DNA of 54,911 bases, filler included, from Catajapyx aquilonaris (taxonomy: Eukaryota), in the NCBI GenBank assembly GCA_000934665.2. It is 3 parts of 3 records of this genome, joined end to end, with 100 filler letters (N's around TTAATTAATTAA, not from the genome) between each part and the next. Parts side by side here need not be neighbours in the genome. Positions count along the whole stretch, not along the records: positions 36,720 to 54,911 come from KZ539586.1; 2 more parts are not named here. The stretch is one strand, 5' to 3'. Shown one piece after another: positions 48,748 to 54,911 of this stretch (within the stretch, counting starts at the first letter, position 1; the number at the start of each line of letters is the position of its first letter). The notes beneath the pieces were generated by a model. It worked only from the letters and a program-made list of their open reading frames with translations. It ran no database searches and was not told the origin of the DNA. The translations under genes and the position numbers were made by a program.

Positions 48748-50960
48748 TAGTGGGAGCGGTACAAGTGAAATGGCAGAAAAAAACCGCATTTGATGATAAA
48801 AGCAAGCCACTTTGCACACTTGTTCCTAACACCATAAGGTTCAATTTGACCCGCAGTACCCTCAACATTTCCCCGGAGGATTCAAGATGGCGACCATCTT
48901 TTCAAAATGGACGACAATATCGAAAAGTGTTACTTCTTGGGGTACTCATGAATGCGGGGTGTTGATTCTGCATGATTTAAGGTCGCTAAACTCGAATTTG
49001 GCCATACCAAGTTGCCATCTTGAATTATTTCGGCCCCAGAGGCGCAATTTTCCAAAATGGCGGCTTTTATTGTATACACCTCAAATTGTCCTAGAAGCGA
49101 ATGTGATGTGTCGATTCCGGGTCATTTCCACATGCGAAACTCAAATATGAACTGACCTTGGCGACATTTTGTGTCAATTAGGCCCCACAGGCTCTAATTT
49201 TCCAAGATGGCGGCCTGATGTATTCTGTAAACTCGGAACTAGTCGAAGCGGTACACAAAAATATGCTGCAAAACCTTGCAGAAAGCAAGCCACTTTGCAC
49301 AGACGTTCCATAGACCAAGACGATCAATTTGACCCGAAGCACCCTGACTCCTGACCTTGTGGGGTCAAGTGGAGGCCATTTTTGAAAAAAAAAGTCATTT
49401 TTTGTGTGTAAATTCCCAATTGCCTCTCCATGGCAATGTTGGTGTCATTTCCTCATATTTCGAGGTCGACAAGTCGATTGGTAACATGCAGGAGGTCATA
49501 AGGTCACTAGTTTGTGACCTATGACCTCCATTTTGAAATTACCCTACTGGGCTATGTCTAATGGTATTTGTGACTAAAAGGTGGCATATATGAGAGGTAT
49601 ATATCGTTTAGATATAATTTGATGTCACTGAAACCGAAAACGACAATAAAAATTCGGAATCATGCATCCGGTGACCTGTGGGGCGCCATATTGGGTTTTA
49701 ACTTATACCCTTTGGTGGGGATGTGCACCCGTAAGCGAATAGTATAGACGTGTTTGGTATCCTTGCAGCATAATAATTCGAGGTCACTTAGACGATTGGT
49801 CATATTCAGAAGGTCAGAAGGTCACTAGTTTGTGACCTATGGCCGCCATTTTTAAATTATCCTATCGGGAAATGTCTAAAGGTATTTGCATATGATGTGT
49901 GGCTTGTGAGGTGTCGAGTACATATAATTTGCTGTCACTGAAACCAAAAATGACACTAAAAATCTCGAATCATGCATTCTGAGACCAGACAAGCACCATA
50001 TTGGATTTCAACTGAAGCCCTTAGGTGGGGATATGCACCCGTAAGAGAATAGTACACGTGCTTCGTGTCCATACCACATTCCTTGCGATTGCTGTGCAGC
50101 CAGAAATTAAAGCTAATCTTCTTCTCCTGAATATCTTGTACTGAAAAAATAATTGCTATTATATTAGAATCTGAGAGTCGCACGAAAAGTACATGATATG
50201 CACTAAGATTTGACTTGCTTCTTGTTGCTGCATCTTCATTTGCATTTCTTACAATATATTGAGAGGGCATGGCAATGACTCCCTCATGCAAATGCAGCGC
50301 ATTGTGTCGCATTTTGAGGCGCATCCGCACCTATCGAGGGCTCGACAAACTGGCCAGATCTCGTCCTTATCGGACCACACAGGCGTTCATGCCCTCTCAA
50401 TGGTAAGAAATGCAAATGAAGATGCAGCAACAAGAAGCAAGTCAAATCTTAGTGCATATCATGTACTTTTCGTGCGACTCTCAGATTCTAATATAATAGC
50501 AATTATTTTTTCAGTACAAGATATGCGAAAAAGATTAGCTTTAATTTCTGGCTGCACAGCAATCGCAAGGAATGTGGTATGGACACGAAGCACGTGTACT
50601 ATTCTCTTACATCACATTCGCTTCTAGGACAATTTGAGGTGTATACAATAAAAGCCGCCATTTTGGAAAATTGCGCCTCTGGGGCCGAAATAATTCAAGA
50701 TGGCAACTTGTTATGGCCAAATTCGAGTTTAGCGACCTTAAATCATGCAGAATCGACACCCCGCATTCATGAGTACCCCAAAAAGTAACACTTTTCGATA
50801 TTGTCGTCCATTTTGAAAAGATGGTCGCCATCTTGAATCCTCCGGGGAAATGTTGAGGGTACTGCGGGTCAAATTGAACCTTACGGTGTTAGGAACAAGT
50901 GTGCAAAGTGGCTTGCTTTTATCATCAAATGCGGGTTTTTTTTGCGTACCGCTCCCACTA
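48748..50960. mobile_element. Academ-type non-autonomous DNA transposon
   Basis: TIRs of about 340-360 bp, TAGTGGGAGCGGTAC.../...GTACCGCTCCCACTA, with a 3-bp TSD TGT (48745-48747 and 50961-50963). TAG termini with a 3-4 bp TSD fit Academ. Confidence 0.8.
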
Positions 50961-53172
50961 TGTGGAGGATAGTCATTATTGTTGCACTCCTTGGATTTTT
51001 AAATTCTGAGTTGATAGCTCCGACAATCTGACCTGTCATTGCCTTCGGCCCAACTGTGCATACATTGACATTGTAGTTGTTCCATGAAATGCCATTTGAG
51101 GTGAAAGATTCGGCTATTAAACTAACTAACTCTTTTAAAAACGTGTTCTCAAAGCTTCCGCGGAGCCCTTTGCGGAGCTTCGCGGAGCTTCGCGGAGCAC
51201 AGTTTTGGAACCACTGCCATATAGCCTACCATCTGAACAGGCGTTTACAGTACTGTGTCTATACCATGTTTAAACCAAATCAGCACACATTTGTCTGGCT
51301 GAATCTCATGCCTATAAACCTTACATTCAAGTGTGTAAGGGAGTTATACGTAGTTATATCCCTCAAAAAATGGAGGCGAATTTGCACTTGGTTTCAAGTC
51401 AAAATTGTCACTACCTTTTTGAGCAATATAGTATGTCTTGAAAGCCCATTTCATTAGCTTCATAATGGTATACCATATGTATGGCCACATATACATGTGA
51501 GCGATTTGATCAATGATGTCATCGCTGAGTGATAAATCCAACTGTTTGGGGCAAAAGTAACCATCATGGTAACAATCGATTTTCGCCCCAAACAATTGGA
51601 TTTATCACTGATCAAATCACTCACATATAAATATGGCCTTACATTACAGAATGATGTCTCACGTGTAGCTGTGGAAATTTTGCAGGCACTTGACACTGTG
51701 AACTCACTGCCACAGTTGATGGTGCACTGACAGGTGCAATTAGTAATGAGCATTGGTGAGATTTTTATCAAGAGACAAGTATGAGCCAACTTTTGTTACA
51801 CAAAGTATACGGGATGGTCCAAGAAAGAAGAAACACTGCTTACAGAAATTTGGCTTATTTCCATATTTTATAAGACATCAACAGTATTAGATGACCTGTA
51901 GCAGTTGAACGCAATGGAACTTGTATCTCAATGATCCTTAAGCTGAAGTTACAAGTCAAAAAGGGAAACCTAAATGTCGAATACCTGTAACTAGTAGTTC
52001 TCCTAAACTCAAACTGTTGGCAGAAATTTTCCAGATTTGGGCAGACTTTTCCACTGCACTGCCTAAAGGTGAGTTTACACGTGAGCGATTTGATTGAGCG
52101 AAGTCATCGCCGAGCGGTGCATTGCTGAGTAACCCAAGTAACCAATATTGTTTGAGGTGAAGGTAATAACAGTCTATAGGGTAAGGGGCCCAAATTTCGG
52201 CACTCTTAGTTGTTTTCCTCTTGTTAGAAAATGGTTGAACGCAGAAATGTAAGGAAATTGAACATTTTACCTACTAGGTCCCGCAATGAAAATTTTGAAA
52301 AAATTTATAGGAAAAAGCACAAAATTGAAAAAGTGAAAACACCCATTTTTCCAGTTTCAAAAAAAGCGTTCATAATTTTGGAACCTGCATTTTAATGGGA
52401 GGAAGGGTATTTAAAAAAAAAATCTAAATTTGTGAATGCTTTAAAATGCTTGATTAATAACAATAAAATGAAAACTGGTTTATCTGCATGATGAAAATGA
52501 AGAGTTTTCCCTATTTGCAAAAAAAACAAAATATTATGGCACCGTTGATCATTATTTTGAATTTTGAATTATTTTGAATATTATTTTAATTTGCATCTTT
52601 GAAAATATCCTCACCCCAATAACACTAACATTAAAGTCATACATGTGAAGAATTTTACGTTCATATCTGAAGCCTCTGTTGCCCGTGGCTTTCTTGTCGT
52701 GGAAGTCACAAATTCCTTTATATATTTATATATCTCAAATGAAATGTGCAACTGTTAAAATCAAAACATTAATTAACACTTAGATACATACTGCCTATTT
52801 CTGTTTAAACACCCTTTCCTTACATGCTAAGTTTGTGCTTTAAAAAATTAAAAGTTAGGCATAAACTGTGTGTCATGTCGTGTAAGTCATGCATGGAATT
52901 AGCCTTTTATGAATACACAGTGTAATGCAGTAGTGCTCATTGATAAATTTGAGATCTCTAATATTAAAATTGGTGAACTTCGAAATTCTTATAATTTTGT
53001 GAGAACATGAGTGTGTTTGGGGTGAAGAGGGACACAGTTAAAAATCAAGCTTTCAACATTTTAATCAGAAACCATTATTATTTAAAGGTAGATTAGCATT
53101 GCTGATATGATTATTGTAATTTAAGTGAATTTTGAATTTCAAGAAGCTATATTTTTGTTTTAGGTCCATTCT

Positions 53173-53381
53173 AGGCTATATCTCGGATGCGCGAGGAAAA
53201 AAGGCATAAGTCAAAAAAACAATTTTTTGATTTATGCTCTTTTCCCCCCCAAATCCCAGTATTATCCATGAGGTGGATTAATAGAGGTGAATTCTCGAAT
53301 TTGGGGGAAAAAGCACGTAAGTAAAAAAATTGTTTATTTGACTTATGCCCTTTTCCCCACGCATCCGAGATATCTACAGCC
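53173..53381. mobile_element. Small palindromic MITE remnant
   Basis: ATATCTCGGATGCG...GGCATAAGTCAAA pairs with TTTGACTTATGCC...CGCATCCGAGATAT. Confidence 0.6.
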
Positions 53382-54390
53382 TGCAACAATGGGTAGGACG
53401 TTTTTATATTGTAATGTTCAATACAACTACCAAAGGTAGTAATTACAAATATTTCTTGCCATCAATCTCTTAAATTAATGAATCAAATGAAACATTTCTT
53501 AAAAACCAAAATTAAGCTCCCATTAACCCCAGTTGCATGTTGAAACGGGACATTTATGGCATATTGGGGCCTCACTCTTGAGACAACTTTGGTTTGATTA
53601 CTTCTGCAATAAGTGGCATTTACATAGTTTGCATCTTTTGAACAAATAGTATGATCAGAAAAAAATAAACTGTTAGCCGATGGGAAGTTTAGGCCAAATT
53701 GTGCTTGCATCACTGAGGCTGGACCAGTTTCCTTCCAAGAGCCCCTATTGGATCAAATCAGGGGTTGTTGGGCTAATATTGAAGGCTGGGTTCCAGTTTA
53801 CAATAACTTCAGATTTCCACATGTTCATGAATCACTATAGAGGAGCTCAGGCTCCTCTCCAGTAAGCAGGGTGTCAGTCATTTTTGGAACGCAGTCTTGG
53901 CCCCAACTACGTATCAGTGATAATTGATTTTTTCCTGGTCGTGCTATTTGCTCACAAAATTTAAACTAAACGCCATTAACCACAGAAGGCACTAAACAAA
54001 GATGTTCTCAAAGGTGAAGCCCAAATGTGCTATATTTTCAATGTTATAGCAAAAAAAGTGGCCCCTTGGTCCAAGGGTTAAACATATATTGAAGGTGTTC
54101 CAAGTAACAGGACCATTTTTAGTTATTGCTAGCATCCCTCAAAGTAGTTGTTCTTGTGTAGTTTGTTGTGCACCGATCCAGGTGCCCAATTATTCCTAGG
54201 TGGTTGAATATAGCAGCTGCAATATAATAGGCCTCCCGTATCAGGGCACAACAAGCTACACACTTCGACCAATAGTAGCAATAACTTTAAAAAACTTATA
54301 TTTGGAACACACTGTAAGTAACAAGTTCACACGGTGAGTCAAATTTGTGTGATGTAGCAGGCATAGACCTATGGGTCTACGATAATAATA

Positions 54391-54538
54391 CAGGGTGTCT
54401 CAACTTTTTTGTCCAAACAGTTATCGGAAAAGCCTATGTATCTTCCAGCTATGTAGCCAGAATATATTCTGGCTACATAGCTGGAAGATACATAGGCTTT
54501 TCCGATAACTGTTTGGACAAAAAAGTTGAGACACCCTG
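54391..54538. mobile_element. Perfect 148-bp palindrome with Tc1/mariner-type ends
   Basis: TA|CAGGGTGTCTCAACTTTTTTG...GCCAGAATA|TATTCTGGC...CAAAAAAGTTGAGACACCCTG|TA, with zero spacer. Confidence 0.9.
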
Positions 54539-54911
54539 TATAATAATTTTGAAATTTCCATTCATACAGTAACACAAAAAAGTGTCCCTATACACCCTTT
54601 TTGATAGTACTGAACTTGGTGGTGTGTAATGTAGGCACCAATTTTTGAATGTGATGTTATTAGGGGGGTAAACCATCCACCATATGCTACATATGGTGGA
54701 TGGTTTACCCCCCCTAATAACATCACTGTTTACAATGCACACTTCAGTGTGTTTAAATTTCTATAGGAAAAGGCAAGATTCCTATTGCCCCAAGCTACAA
54801 CGTGCAAGAGACGATCCCACAACCCGTACACACCCAACACATCGCAATGCCACAGACTGTTGTAACGGCAGCAGTACCCACTCTCGCCACCTATTACACG
54901 ACATCAGCAAA

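Larger units (their letters stand above)
46680..51216. mobile_element. Possible hAT (Charlie-type) MITE expanded by nested insertions
   Basis: Ends CAGTGGTTCCCAAACT and AGTTTTGGAACCACTG. The flanks CCATATATAC and CCATATAG resemble a decayed 8-bp TSD, and GGAGCCC subterminal motifs occur at both ends. Confidence 0.45.

Overview
Eukaryotic, intron-containing DNA, most likely from an insect (inferred from SINE/MITE types, gene sequences and CpG-depleted gene bodies). The window is not one locus. It holds three contigs of about 18.2-18.3 kb (1-18296, 18397-36619, 36720-54911) joined by artificial 100-nt linkers (44 N + TTAATTAATTAA + 44 N). Contig A has no recognisable gene: AT-rich minisatellites alternate with GC/CpG-rich unique islands, plus two intact tRNA-derived SINEs with target-site duplications. 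Contig B holds the 5' exons of CLPTM1 (-), the large last exon of mitochondrial alanyl-tRNA synthetase (-), an orphan cluster of decayed Ser/Arg-rich exons (+), and nested DNA transposons (Sola2-like inside a Harbinger MITE, piggyBac-type MITE inside a hAT element). Contig C holds six exons of GATOR2 subunit MIOS (-), with a GC-AG intron and large low-complexity expansions. It also has a Helitron/PIF1 fragment, mariner relics, an Academ-type element and many palindromic MITEs. I found no convincing novel multi-gene system. The best leads are the orphan decayed exons, an unexplained interrupted frame at 33.4-33.9 kb, and an apparently mobile minisatellite module in contig A.
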